Assembly (NCBI GenBank): GCA_964016885.1
Contig: OZ024741.1
Location: 232,252,001-232,316,000, forward strand
Direction: 5' to 3'
Source: Eledone cirrhosa
Taxonomy: Eukaryota
DNA length: 64,000 nt
The notes beneath the pieces are model-generated. The model saw nothing but the letters and a program-made list of their open reading frames with translations, ran no database searches and was not told where the DNA came from. Of this stretch, positions 31,120 through 46,900 are shown piece by piece (positions within the stretch are counted from its first letter, which is position 1; every line of letters starts with the position of its first letter). The translations under genes were made by a program, and so were the position numbers.

Positions 31120-34100
31120 CTTATCAGTTAGATATTCTCTGGATAGTATCATACCTTATCAGTTGGATATTCTCTGTATAGTATCATACCTTATCAGTTA
31201 GATATTTTCTGGATAGTATTATACTTTATCAGTTGGATATTCTCTGGATAGTATCATACCTTATCAGTTGGATATTCTCTGTATAGTATCATACCTTATC
31301 AGTTGGATATTCTCTGTATAGTATCATACCTTATCCGTTGGACATTTTCTGGATAGTATCATACCTTATCAGTTGGATATTCTCTGGATAGTATCATACC
31401 TTATCTGTTGGATATTCTCTGGATAGTATCATACCTTATCTGTTGGATATTCTCTGGATAGTATCATACCTTATTAGTTGGATATTCTCTGTATAGTATC
31501 ATACCTTATCAGTTAGATATTCTCTATATAGTATCATACCTTATCAGTTAGATATTTTCTGGATAGTATCATACCTTATCAGTTGGATATTCTCTGGATA
31601 GTATCATACCTTATCAGTTAGATATTCTCTGGATAGTATCATACCTTATCAGTTGGATATTATCTGGATAGTATCATACCTTATCAGTTAGATATTCTCT
31701 GGATAGTATCATACCTTATAAGTTGGATATTCTCTGTATAGTATCATACCTTATCAATTGGATATTCTCTGTAAAGTATCATGCCTTATCAGTTGGACAT
31801 TTTCTGGATATTATCATACCTTATCAGTTGGATATTCTCTGTATAATATCATACCTTATCAGTTGGATATTCTCTGTATAGTATCATACCTTATCAATTG
31901 GATATTCTCTGTATAGTATCATGCCTTATCAGTTGGATATTCTCTGTATAGTATCATACCTCATCAGTTAGATATTCTCTGGATAGTATCATACCTTATC
32001 AGTTGGATATTCTCTGTATAGTATCATGACTTATCAGTTAGATATTCTCTGGATAGCATCATACCTTATCAGTTGGATATTCTCTGTATAGTATCATACC
32101 TTATCAGTTAGATATTTTCTGGATAGTATCATACCTTATCAGTTGGATATTCTCTGGATAGTATCATACCTTATCAGTTGGATATTCTCTGGATAGTATC
32201 ATACGTTATCAGTTGGATATTCTCTGTATAGTATCATACCTTATCAGTTAGATATTCTCTGTATAGTATCATACCTTATCAGTTAGATATTTTCTGGATA
32301 GTATCATACCTTATCAGTTGGATATTCTCTGTATAGTATCATACCTTATCAGTTGGATATTCTCTGGATAGTATCATACCTTATCAGTTAGATATTTTCT
32401 GGATAGTATCATACTTTATCAGTTGGATATTCTCTGGATAGTATCATACCTTATCAGTTGGTTATTATCTGGATAGTATCATACCTTATCAGTTGGATAT
32501 TCTCTGTATAGTATCATACCTTATATGTTGGATATTCTCTGGATAGTATCATACCTTATCAGTTGGATATTCTCTGGATAGTATCATACCTTATCAGTTG
32601 GATATTCTCTGGATAGTATCATACCTTATCAGTTAGATATTTTCAGGATAGTATCATACCTTATCAGTTGGATATTCTCTGGATAGTATCATACCTTATC
32701 AGTTAGATATTTTCAGGATAGTATCATACCTTATCAGTTGGATATTCTCTGGATAGTATCATACCTTATCAGTTCGATATTCTCTGGATAGTATGATACC
32801 TTATCAGTTGGATATTCTCTGGATAGTATTATACCTTATCAGTTGGATATTCTCTGTATAGTATCATACCTTATCAGTTGGATATTCTCTGTATAGTATC
32901 ATACCTTATCAGTTAGATATTCTCTGGATAGTATCATACCTTATCAGTTAGATATTCTCTGGATAGTATCATACCTTATCAGTTAGATATTCTCTGGATA
33001 GTATCATACCTTATAAGTTGGATATTCCATGGATAGTATCATACCTTATCAGTTAGATATTCCATGGATAGTATCATACCTTATCAGTTAGATATTCTCT
33101 GGATAGTATCATACCTTATCAGTTGGATATTCTCTGTATAGTATCATACCTTATCAGTTAGATATTTTCTGGATAGAATTATACTTTATCAGTTGGATAT
33201 TCTCTGGATAGGATCATACCTTATCAGTTCGATATTATCTGGATAGTATCATACCTTATCAGTTGGATATTCTCTGTATAGTATCATACCTTATCAGTTG
33301 GATATTCTCTGTATAGTATCATGACTTATCAGTTAGATATTCTCTGGATAGTATCATACCTTATCAGTTGGATATTCTCTGTATAGTATCATACCTTATC
33401 AGTTAGATATTTTCTGGATAGTATTATACTTTATCAGTTGGATATTCTCTGGATAGGATCATACCTTATCAGTTGGATATTATCTGGATAGTATCATACC
33501 TTATCAGTTGGATATTCTCTGTATAGTATCATACCTTATCAGTTGGACATTTTCTGGATAGTATCATACCTTATCAGTTGGATATTCTCTGGATAGTATC
33601 ATACCTTATCTGTTGGATATTCTCTGGATAGTATCATACCTTATCAGTTGGATATTCTCTGGATAGTATCATACCTTATCAGTTGGATATTCTCTGTATA
33701 GTATCATACCTTATCAGTTAGATATTCTCTATATAGTATCATACCTTATCAGTTAGATATTCTCTGGATAGTATCATACCTTATAAGTTGGATATTCTCT
33801 GTATAGTATCATACCTTATCAATTGGATATTCTCTGTATAGTATCATGCCTTATCAGTTGGACATTTTCTGGATATTATCATAGCTTATCAGTTGGATAT
33901 TCTCTGTATAGTATCATACCTTATCAGTTGGATATTCTCTGTATAGTATCATACCTTATCAATTGGATATTCTCTGTATAGTATCATGCCTTATCAGTTG
34001 GATATTCTCTGTATAGTATCATACCTCATCAGTTAGATATTCTCTGGATAGTATCATACCTTATCAGTTGGATATTCTCTGTATAGTATCATGACTTATC

Positions 34101-37100
34101 AGTTAGATATTCTCTGGATAGTATCATACCTTATCAGTTGGATATTCTCTGTATAGTATCATACCTTATCAGTTAGATATTTTCTGGATAGTATTATACT
34201 TTATCAGTTGGATATTCTCTGGATAGTATCATACCTTATCAGTTGGATATTATCTGGATAGTATCATACCTTATCAGTTGGATATTCTCTGTATAGTATC
34301 ATACCTTATCAGTTGGATATTCTCTGTATAGTATCATACCTGATCAGTTGGACATTTTCTGGATAGTATCATACCTTATCAGTTGGATATTCTCTGTATA
34401 GTATCATACCTTATATGTTGGATATTCTCTGGATAGTATCATACCTTATCAGTTAGATATTCTCTGGATAGTATCATACCTTATCAGTTGGATATTCTCT
34501 GGATAGTATCATACCTTATCAGTTAGATATTTTCAGGATAGTATCATACCTTATCAGTTGGATATTCTCTGGATAGTATCATACCTTATCAGTTCGATAT
34601 TCTCTGGATAGTATCATACCTTATCAGTTGGATATTCTCTGGATAGTATTATACCTTATCAGTTGGTTATTCTCTGTATAGTATCATACCTTATCAGTTG
34701 GATATTCTCTGTATAGTATCATACCTTATCAGTTAGATATTCTCTGGATAGTATCATACCTTATCAGTTAGATATTCTCTGGATAGTATCATACCTTATC
34801 AGTTAGATATTCTCTGGATAGTATCATACCTTATAAGTTGGATATTCCATGGATAGTATCATACCTTATCAGTTAGATATTCCATGGATAGTATCATACC
34901 TTATCAGTTAGATATTCTCTGGATAGTATCATACCTTATCAGTTAGATATTCTCTGGATAGTATCATACCTTATCAGTTGGATATTCTCTGTATAGTATC
35001 ATACCTTATCAGTTAGATATTTTCTGGATAGTATTATACTTTATCAGTTGGATATTCTCTGGATAGTATCATACCTTATCAGTTGGATATTCTCTGTATA
35101 GTATCATACCTTATCAGTTGGATATTCTCTGTATAGTATCATACCTTATCCGTTGGACATTTTCTGGATAGTATCATACCTTATCAGTTGGATATTCTCT
35201 GGATAGTATCATACCTTATCTGTTGGATATTCTCTGGATAGTATCATACCTTATCTGTTGGATATTCTCTGGATAGTATCATACCTTATCAGTTGGATAT
35301 TCTCTGTATAGTATCATACCTTATCAGTTAGATATTCTCTATATAGTATCATACCTTATCAGTTAGATATTTTCTGGATAGTATCATACCTTATCAGTTG
35401 GATATTCTCTGGATAGTATCATACCTTATCAGTTAGATATTCTCTGGATAGTATCATACCTTATCAGTTGGATATTATCTGGATAGTATCATACCTTATC
35501 AGTTAGATATTCTCTGGATAGTATCATACCTTATAAGTTGGATATTCTCTGTATAGTATCATACCTTATCAATTGGATATTCTCTGTAAAGTATCATGCC
35601 TTATCAGTTGGACATTTTCTGGATATTATCATACCTTATCAGTTGGATATTCTCTGTATAGTATCATACCTTATCAGTTGGATATTCTCTGTATAGTATC
35701 ATACCTTATCAATTGGATATTCTCTGTATAGTATCATGCCTTATCAGTTGGATATTCTCTGTATAGTATCATACCTCATCAGTTAGATATTCTCTGGATA
35801 GTATCATACCTTATCAGTTGGATATTCTCTGTATAGTATCATGACTTATCAGTTAGATATTCTCTGGATAGCATCATACCTTATCAGTTGGATATTCTCT
35901 GTATAGTATCATACCTTATCAGTTAGATATTTTCTGGATAGTATCATACCTTATCAGTTGGATATTCTCTGGATAGTATCATACCTTATCAGTTGGATAT
36001 TCTCTGGATAGTATCATACGTTATCAGTTGGATATTCTCTGTATAGTATCATACCTTATCAGTTAGATATTCTCTGTATAGTATCATACCTTATCAGTTA
36101 GATATTTTCTGGATAGTATCATACCTTATCAGTTGGATATTCTCTGTATAGTATCATACCTTATCAGTTGGATATTCTCTGGATAGTATCATACCTTATC
36201 AGTTAGATATTTTCTGGATAGTATCATACTTTATCAGTTGGATATTCTCTGGATAGTATCATACCTTATCAGTTGGTTATTATCTGGATAGTATCATACC
36301 TTATCAGTTGGATATTCTCTGTATAGTATCATACCTTATATGTTGGATATTCTCTGGATAGTATCATACCTTATCAGTTGGATATTCTCTGGATAGTATC
36401 ATACCTTATCAGTTGGATATTCTCTGGATAGTATCATACCTTATCAGTTAGATATTTTCAGGATAGTATCATACCTTATCAGTTGGATATTCTCTGGATA
36501 GTATCATACCTTATCAGTTAGATATTTTCAGGATAGTATCATACCTTATCAGTTGGATATTCTCTGGATAGTATCATACCTTATCAGTTGGATATTCTCT
36601 GGATAGTATTATACCTTATCAGTTGGATATTCTCTGTATAGTATCATACCTTATCAGTTGGATATTCTCTGTATAGTATCATACCTTATCAGTTAGATAT
36701 TCTCTGGATAGTATCATACCTTATCAGTTAGATATTCTCTGGATAGTATCATACCTTATCAGTTAGATATTCTCTGGATAGTATCATACCTTATAAGTTG
36801 GATATTCCATGGATAGTATCATACCTTATCAGTTAGATATTCCATGGATAGTATCATACCTTATCAGTTAGATATTCTCTGGATAGTATCATACCTTATC
36901 AGTTGGATATTCTCTGTATAGTATCATACCTTATCAGTTAGATATTTTCTGGATAGAATTATACTTTATCAGTTGGATATTCTCTGGATAGGATCATACC
37001 TTATCAGTTCGATATTATCTGGATAGTATCATACCTTATCAGTTGGATATTCTCTGTATAGTATCATACCTTATCAGTTGGATATTCTCTGTATAGTATC

Positions 37101-38765
37101 ATGACTTATCAGTTAGATATTCTCTGGATAGTATCATACCTTATCAGTTGGATATTCTCTGTATAGTATCATACCTTATCAGTTAGATATTTTCTGGATA
37201 GTATTATACTTTATCAGTTGGATATTCTCTGGATAGGATCATACCTTATCAGTTGGATATTATCTGGATAGTATCATACCTTATCAGTTGGATATTCTCT
37301 GTATAGTATCATACCTTATCAGTTGGACATTTTCTGGATAGTATCATACCTTATCAGTTGGATATTCTCTGGATAGTATCATACCTTATCTGTTGGATAT
37401 TCTCTGGATAGTATCATACCTTATCAGTTGGATATTCTCTGGATAGTATCATACCTTATCAGTTGGATATTCTCTGTATAGTATCATACCTTATCAGTTA
37501 GATATTCTCTATATAGTATCATACCTTATCAGTTAGATATTCTCTGGATAGTATCATACCTTATAAGTTGGATATTCTCTGTATAGTATCATACCTTATC
37601 AATTGGATATTCTCTGTATAGTATCATGCCTTATCAGTTGGACATTTTCTGGATATTATCATAGCTTATCAGTTGGATATTCTCTGTATAGTATCATACC
37701 TTATCAGTTGGATATTCTCTGTATAGTATCATACCTTATCAATTGGATATTCTCTGTATAGTATCATGCCTTATCAGTTGGATATTCTCTGTATAGTATC
37801 ATACCTCATCAGTTAGATATTCTCTGGATAGTATCATACCTTATCAGTTGGATATTCTCTGTATAGTATCATGACTTATCAGTTAGATATTCTCTGGATA
37901 GTATCATACCTTATCAGTTGGATATTCTCTGTATAGTATCATACCTTATCAGTTAGATATTTTCTGGATAGTATTATACTTTATCAGTTGGATATTCTCT
38001 GGATAGTATCATACCTTATCAGTTGGATATTATCTGGATAGTATCATACCTTATCAGTTGGATATTCTCTGTATAGTATCATACCTTATCAGTTGGATAT
38101 TCTCTGTATAGTATCATACCTGATCAGTTGGACATTTTCTGGATAGTATCATACCTTATCAGTTGGATATTCTCTGTATAGTATCATACCTTATATGTTG
38201 GATATTCTCTGGATAGTATCATACCTTATCAGTTAGATATTCTCTGGATAGTATCATACCTTATCAGTTGGATATTCTCTGGATAGTATCATACCTTATC
38301 AGTTAGATATTTTCAGGATAGTATCATACCTTATCAGTTGGATATTCTCTGGATAGTATCATACCTTATCAGTTCGATATTCTCTGGATAGTATCATACC
38401 TTATCAGTTGGATATTCTCTGGATAGTATTATACCTTATCAGTTGGTTATTCTCTGTATAGTATCATACCTTATCAGTTGGATATTCTCTGTATAGTATC
38501 ATACCTTATCAGTTAGATATTCTCTGGATAGTATCATACCTTATCAGTTAGATATTCTCTGGATAGTATCATACCTTATCAGTTAGATATTCTCTGGATA
38601 GTATCATACCTTATAAGTTGGATATTCCATGGATAGTATCATACCTTATCAGTTAGATATTCCATGGATAGTATCATACCTTATCAGTTAGATATTCTCT
38701 GGATAGTATCATACCTTATCAGTTAGATATTCTCTGGATAGTATCATACCTTATCAGTTGGATAT
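31120..38765 (+). repeat. Tandem duplication of ~3.8 kb (108-109 monomers)
   Basis: GTAAAG 31771/35586 and GGATAGCATC 32051/35866 are at +3815. ATAGCTTATC 33881/37661, TGATCAG 34341/38121 and AGTTGGTTAT 34661/38441 are at +3780. Confidence 0.9.
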
Positions 38766-41700
38766 TATCTGGATAGTATCATACCTTATCAGTTAGATAT
38801 TCTCTGGATAGTATCATACCTTATAAGTTGGATATTCTCTGGATAGTATCATACCTTATCAATTGGATATTCTCTGTATAGTATCATGCCTTATCAGTTG
38901 GACATTTTCTGGATAGTATCATACCTTATCAGTTGGATATTCTCTGTATAGTATCATACCTTATCAGTTGGATATTCTCTGGATAGTATCATACCTTATC
39001 AATTGGATATTCTCTGTATAGTATCATGCCTTATCAGTTGGACATTTTCTGGATAGTATCATACCTTATCAGTTGGATATTCTCTGTATAGTATCATACC
39101 TTATCAGTTGGATATTTTCTGTATAGTATCATACCTTATCAATTGGATATTCTCTGTATAGTATCATGCCTTATCAGTTGGACATTTTCTGGATACTATC
39201 ATACCTTATCAGTTGGATATTCTCTGTATAGTATCATACCTTATCAGTTAGATATTCTCTGGATAGTATCATACCTTATCAGTTGGATATTCTCTGTATA
39301 GTATCATACCTTATCAGTTAGATATTCTCTGGATAGTATCATACCTTATCAGTTAGATGTTCTCTGGATAGTATCATACCTTATCAGTTGGATATTCTCT
39401 GGATAGTATCATACCTTATCAGTTAGATATTGTCTGGATATTATGATACCTTATATGTTGGATATTCTCTGGATAGTATCATACCTTATCAGTTAGATAT
39501 TCTCTGGATAGTATCATACATTATCAGTTGGACATTTTCAGGATAGTATCATACCTTATCAGTTGGATATTCTCTGGATAGTATCATACCTTATCAGTTG
39601 GATATTCTCTGGATAGTATCATAACTTATCAGTTTGATATTCTCTGGATAGTATCATACCTTATCAGTTAGATTTTCTCTGGATAGTATCATACCTTATC
39701 AGTTGGATATTCTCTGGATAGTATCATACCTTATCAGTTCGATATTCTATGGATAGTATCATACCTTATCAGTTGGATATTCTCTGGATAGTATAATACC
39801 TTACAAGTTGGATATTCCATGGATAGTATCATACCTTATCAGTTAGATATTCCATGGATAGTATCATACCTTATCAGTTAGATATTCTCTGGATAGTATC
39901 ATACCTTATTAGTTAGATATTCTCTGGATAGTATCATACCTTATCAGTTGGATATTATCTGGATAGTATCATACCTTATCAGTTAGATATTCTCTGGATA
40001 GTATCATACCTTATAAGTTGGATATTCTCTGTATAGTATCATACCTTATCAATTGGATATTCTCTGTATAGTATCATGCCTTATCAGTTGGACATTTTCT
40101 GGATATTATCATAGCTTATCAGTTGGATATTCTCTGTATAGTATCATACCTTATCAGTTGGATATTCTCTGTATAGTATCATACCTTATCAATTGGATAT
40201 TCTCTGTATAGTATCATGCCTTATCAGTTGGATATTCTCTGTATAGTATCATACCTCATCAGTTAGATATTCTCTGGATAGTATCATACCTTATCAGTTG
40301 GATATTCTCTGTATAGTATCATGACTTATCAGTTAGATATTCTCTGGATAGTATCATACCTTATCAGTTGGATATTCTCTGTATAGTATCATACCTTATC
40401 AGTTAGATATTTTCTGGATAGTATTATACTTTATCAGTTGGATATTCTCTGGATAGTATCATACCTTATCAGTTGGATATTATCTGGATAGTATCATACC
40501 TTATCAGTTGGACATTTTCTGGATAGTATCATACCTTATCAGTTGGATATTCTCTGTATAGTATCATACCTTATATGTTGGATATTCTCTGGATAGTATC
40601 ATACCTTATCAGTTAGATATTCTCTGGATAGTATCATACCTTATCAGTTGGATATTCTCTGGATAGTATCATACCTTATCAGTTAGATATTTTCAGGATA
40701 GTATCATACCTTATCAGTTGGATATTCTCTGGATAGTATCATACCTTATCAGTTCGATATTCTCTGGATAGTATCATACCTTATCAGTTGGATATTCTCT
40801 GGATAGTATTATACCTTATCAGTTGGATATTCTCTGTATAGTATCATACCTTATCAGTTGGATATTCTCTGTATAGTATCATACCTTATCAGTTAGATAT
40901 TCTCTGGATAGTATCATACCTTATCAGTTAGATATTCTCTGGATAGTATCATACCTTATCAGTTAGATATTCTCTGGATAGTATCATACCTTATAAGTTG
41001 GATATTCCATGGATAGTATCATACCTTATCAGTTAGATATTCCATGGATAGTATCATACCTTATCAGTTAGATATTCTCTGGATAGTATCATACCTTATC
41101 AGTTAGATATTCTCTGGATAGTATCATACCTTATCAGTTGGATATTATCTGGATAGTATCATACCTTATCAGTTAGATATTCTCTGGATAGTATCATACC
41201 TTATAAGTTGGATATTCTCTGTATAGTATCATACCTTATCAATTGGATATTCTCTGTATAGTATCATGCCTTATCGGTTGGACATTTTCTGGATAGTATC
41301 ATACCTTATCAGTTGGATATTCTCTGTATAGTATCATACCTTATCAGTTGGATATTCTCTGGATAGTATCATACCTTATCAATTGGATATTCTCTGTATA
41401 GTATCATGCCTTATCAGTTGGACATTTTCTGGATAGTATCATACCTTATCAGTTGGATATTCTCTGTATAGTATCATACCTTATCAGTTGGATATTTTCT
41501 GTATAGTATCATACCTTATCAATTGGATATTCTCTGTATAGTATCATGCCTTATCAGTTGGACATTTTCTGGATACTATCATACCTTATCAGTTGGATAT
41601 TCTCTGTATAGTATCATACCTTATCAGTTAGATATTCTCTGGATAGTATCATACCTTATCAGTTGGATATTCTCTGTATAGTATCATACCTTATCAGTTA

Positions 41701-42600
41701 GATATTCTCTGGATAGTATCATACCTTATCAGTTAGATGTTCTCTGGATAGTATCATACCTTATCAGTTGGATATTCTCTGGATAGTATCATACCTTATC
41801 AGTTAGATATTCTCTGGATAGTATCATACATTATCAGTTGGACATTTTCAGGATAGTATCATACCTTATCAGTTGGATATTCTCTGGATAGTATCATACC
41901 TTATCAGTTGGATATTCTCTGGATAGTATCATAACTTATCAGTTTGATATTCTCTGGATAGTATCATACCTTATCAGTTAGATATTCTCTGGATAGTATC
42001 ATACCTTATCAGTTGGATATTCTCTGGATAGTATCATACCTTATCAGTTCGATATTCTCTGGATAGTATCATACCTTATCAGTTGGATATTCTCTGGATA
42101 GTATAATACCTTACAAGTTGGATATTCCATGGATAGTATCATACCTTATCAGTTAGATATTCCATGGATAGTATCATACCTTATCAGTTAGATATTCTCT
42201 GGATAGTATCATACCTTATTAGTTAGATATTCTCTGGATAGTATCATACCTTATCAGTTGGATATTATCTGGATAGTATCATACCTTATCAGTTAGATAT
42301 TCTCTGGATAGTATCATACCTTATAAGTTGGATATTCTCTGTATAGTATCATACCTTATCAATTGGATATTCTCTGTATAGTATCATGCCTTATCAGTTG
42401 GACATTTTCTGGATATTATCATACCTTATCAGTTGGATATTCTCTGTATAGTATCATACCTTATCAGTTGGATATTCTCTGTATAGTATCATACCGTATC
42501 AATTGGATATTCTCTGTATAGTATCATGCCTTATCAGTTGGATATTCTCTGTATAGTATCATACCTCATCAGTTAGATATTCTCTGGATAGTATCATACC
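37550..42600 (+). repeat. Duplication of ~2.3-2.45 kb (66-70 monomers) overlapping the end of the previous block
   Basis: ATAGCTTATC 37661/40111 is at +2450. GGATACTATC 39191/41571 and AGTTAGATGT 39351/41731 are at +2380. TTACAAG 39801/42111 and ATACCTTATT 39901/42211 are at +2310. Confidence 0.85.
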
Positions 42601-43999
42601 TTATCAGTTGGATATTCTCTGTATAGTATCATACCTTATCAGTTGGATATTCTCTGGATAGTATCATACCTTATCAGTTAGATATTTTCTGGATAGTATC
42701 ATACTTTATCAGTTGGATATTCTCTGGATAGTATCATACCTTATCAGTTGGATATTATCTGGATAGTATCATACCTTATTAGTTGGATATTCTCTGTATA
42801 GTATCATACCTTATATGTTGGATATTCTCTGGATAGTATCATACCTTATCAGTTGGATATTCTCTGGATAGTATCATACCTTATCAGTTGGATATTCTCT
42901 GGATAGTATCATACCTTATCAGTTAGATATTTTCAGGATAGTATCATACCTTATCAGTTGGATATTCTCTGGATAGTATCATATCTTATCAATTCGATAT
43001 TCTCTGGATAGTATCATACCTTATCAGTTGGATATTCTCCGGATAGTATTATACCTTATCAGTTGGATATACTCTGTATAGTATCATACCTTATCAGTTG
43101 GATATTCTCTGTATAGTATCATTCCTTATCAGTTAGATATTCTCTGGATAGTATCATACCTTATCAGTTAGATATTCTCTGGATAGTATCATACCTTATC
43201 AGTTAGATATTCTCTCGATAGTATCATACCTTATCAGTTAGATATTCTCTGGATAGTATCATACCTTATCAGTTGGATATTATCTGGATAGTATCATACC
43301 TCATCAGTTAGATATTCCATGGATAGTATCATACCTTATCAGTTAGATATTCTCTGGATAGTATCATACCTTATCAGTTAGATATTCTCTGGATAGTATC
43401 ATACCTTATCAGTTGGATATTATCTGGATAGTATCATACCTTATCAGTTAGATATTCTCTGGATAGTATCATAACTTATCAGTTTGATATTCTCTGGATA
43501 GTATCATACCTTATCAGTTGGATATTATCTGGATAGTATCATACCTTATCAGTTAGATATTCTCTGGATAGTATCATACCTTATAAGTTGGATATTCGCT
43601 GTATAGTATCATACCTTATCAATTGGATATTCTCTGTATAGTATCATGCCTTATCAGTTGGACATTTTCTGGATAGTATCATACCTTATCAGTTGGATAT
43701 ACTCTGTATAGTATCATACCTTATCAGTTGGATATTCTCTGTATAGTATCATACCTTATCAATTGGATATTCTCTGGATAGTATCATGCCTTATCAGTTG
43801 GACATTTTCTGGATAGTATCATACCTTATCAGTTGGATATTCTCTGTATAGTATCATACCTCATCAGTTGGATATTCTCTGTATAGTATCATACCTTATC
43901 AATTGGATATTCGCTGTATAGTATCATGCCTTATCAGTTGGACATTTTCTGGATAGTATCATACCTTATCAGTTGGATATTCTCTGTATAGTATCATAC

Positions 44000-46900
44000 C
44001 TTATCAGTTAGATATTCTCTGGATAGTATCATACCTTATCAGTTGGATATTCTCTGTATAGTATCATAACTTATCAGTTAGATATTCTCTGGATAGTATC
44101 ATACCTTATCAGTTAGATATTCTCTGGATAGTATCATACCTTATATGTTGGATATTCTCTGGATAGTATCATACCTTATCAGTTAGATATTCTCTGGATA
44201 GTATCATACATTATCAGTTGGACATTTTCAGAATAGTATCATACCTTATCAGTTGGATATTCTCTGTATAGTATCATACCTTATCAGTTGGACATTTTCT
44301 GGATAGTATCATACCTTATCAGTTGGATATTCTCTGGATAGTATCATACCTTATCAGTTAGATATTCTCTGGATAGTATCATACCTTATCAGTTGGATAT
44401 TCTCTGTATAGTATCATACCTTATCAGTTGGACATTTTCAGAATAGTATCATACCATATCAGTTAGATATTCTCTGGATAGTATCATACCTTATCTGTTG
44501 GATATTCTCTGGATAGTATCATACCTTATCAGTTGGATATTCTCTGGATAGTATCATACCTTATCAGTTGGATATTCTCTGAATAGTATCATACCTTATC
44601 AGTTAGATATTCCCTATATAGTATCATACCTTATCAGTTGGATATTCTCTGGATAGTATCATACCTTATCAGTTGGATATTCTCTGGATAGTATCATACC
44701 TTATCAGTTGGATATTCTCTGTATAGTATCATACCTTATCAGTTAGATATTCTCTGTATAGTATCATACCTTATTAGTTAGATGTTTGCTGGATAGTATC
44801 ATACCTTATCAGTTGGATATTCTCTGTATAGTATCATACCTTATCAGTTGGATATTCTCTGGATAGTATCATACCTTATCAGTTAGATATTTTCTGGATA
44901 GTATCATACCTTATCAGTTGGATATTCTCTGGATAGTATCATACCTTATCAGTTGGATATTATCTGGATAGTATAATACCTTATCAGTTGGATATTCTCT
45001 GTAAAGTATCATACCTTATATTTTGGATATTCTCTGGATAGTATCATACCTTATCAGTTGGATATTCTCTGGATAGTATCATACCTTATCAGTTGGATAT
45101 TCTCTGGATAGTATCATACCTTATCAGTTAGATATTTTCAGGATAGTATCATACCTTATCAGTTGGATGTTCTCTGGATAGTATCATACCTTATCAGTTC
45201 GATATTCTCTGGATAGTATCATACCTTATCAGTTGGATATTCTCTGGATAGTATTATACCTTATCAGTTGGATATTCTCTGTATAGTATCATACCTTATC
45301 AGTTGGATATTCTCTGTATAGTATCATACCTTATCAGTTGGATATTCTCTGGATAGTATCATGCATTATATGTTGGATATTCTCTGGATAGTATCATACC
45401 TTATCAGCTAGATATTCTCTGGATAGTGTCATACCTTATCAGTTAGATATTCTCTGGATAGTATCATACCTTATAAGTTGGATATTCCATGGATAGTATC
45501 ACACCTTATCAGTTAGATATTCTCTGGATAGTATCATACCTTATAAGTTGGATATTCTCTGGATAGTATCATACCTTATCAGTTAGATATTTTCAGGATA
45601 GTATCATACCTTATCAGTTGGATATTCTCTGTATAGTATCATAACTTATCAGTTAGATATTCTCTGGATAGTATCATACCTTATCAGTTAGATATTCTCT
45701 GGATAGTATCATACCTTATATGTTGGATATTCTCTGGATAGTATCATACCTTATCAGTTAGATATTCTCTGGATAGTATCATACATTATCAGTTGGACAT
45801 TTTCAGAATAGTATCATACCTTATCAGTTGGATATTCTCTGTATAGTATCATACCTTATCAGTTGGACATTTTCTGGATAGTATCATACCTTATCAGTTG
45901 GATATTCTCTGGATAGTATCATACCTTATCAGTTAGATATTCTCTGGATAGTATCATACCTTATCAGTTGGATATTCTCTGTATAGTATCATACCTTATC
46001 AGTTGGACATTTTCAGAATAGTATCATACCTTATCAGTTAGATATTCTCTGGATAGTATCATACCTTATCTGTTGGATATTCTCTGGATAGTATCATACC
46101 TTATCAGTTGGATATTCTCTGGATAGTATCATACCTTATCAGTTGGATATTCTCTGAATAGTATCATACCTTATCAGTTAGATATTCCCTATATAGTATC
46201 ATACCTTATCAGTTGGATATTCTCTGGATAGTATCATACCTTATCAGTTGGATATTCTCTGGATAGTATCATACCTTATCAGTTGGATATTCTCTGTATA
46301 GTATCATACCTTATCAGTTAGATATTCTCTGTATAGTATCATACCTTATTAGTTAGATGTTTGCTGGATAGTATCATACCTTATCAGTTGGATATTCTCT
46401 GTATAGTATCATACCTTATCAGTTGGATATTCTCTGGATAGTATCATACCTTATCAGTTAGATATTTTCTGGATAGTATCATACCTTATCAGTTGGATAT
46501 TCTCTGGATAGTATCATACCTTATCAGTTGGATATTATCTGGATAGTATAATACCTTATCAGTTGGATATTCTCTGTATAGTATCATACCTTATATTTTG
46601 GATATTCTCTGGATAGTATCATACCTTATCAGTTGGATATTCTCTGGATAGTATCATACCTTATCAGTTGGATATTCTCTGGATAGTATCATACCTTATC
46701 AGTTAGATATTTTCAGGATAGTATCATACCTTATCAGTTGGATGTTCTCTGGATAGTATCATACCTTATCAGTTCGATATTCTCTGGATAGTATCATACC
46801 TTATCAGTTGGATATTCTCTGGATAGTATTATACCTTATCAGTTGGATATTCTCTGTATAGTATCTTACTTTATCAGTTGGATATTCTCTGTATAGTATC

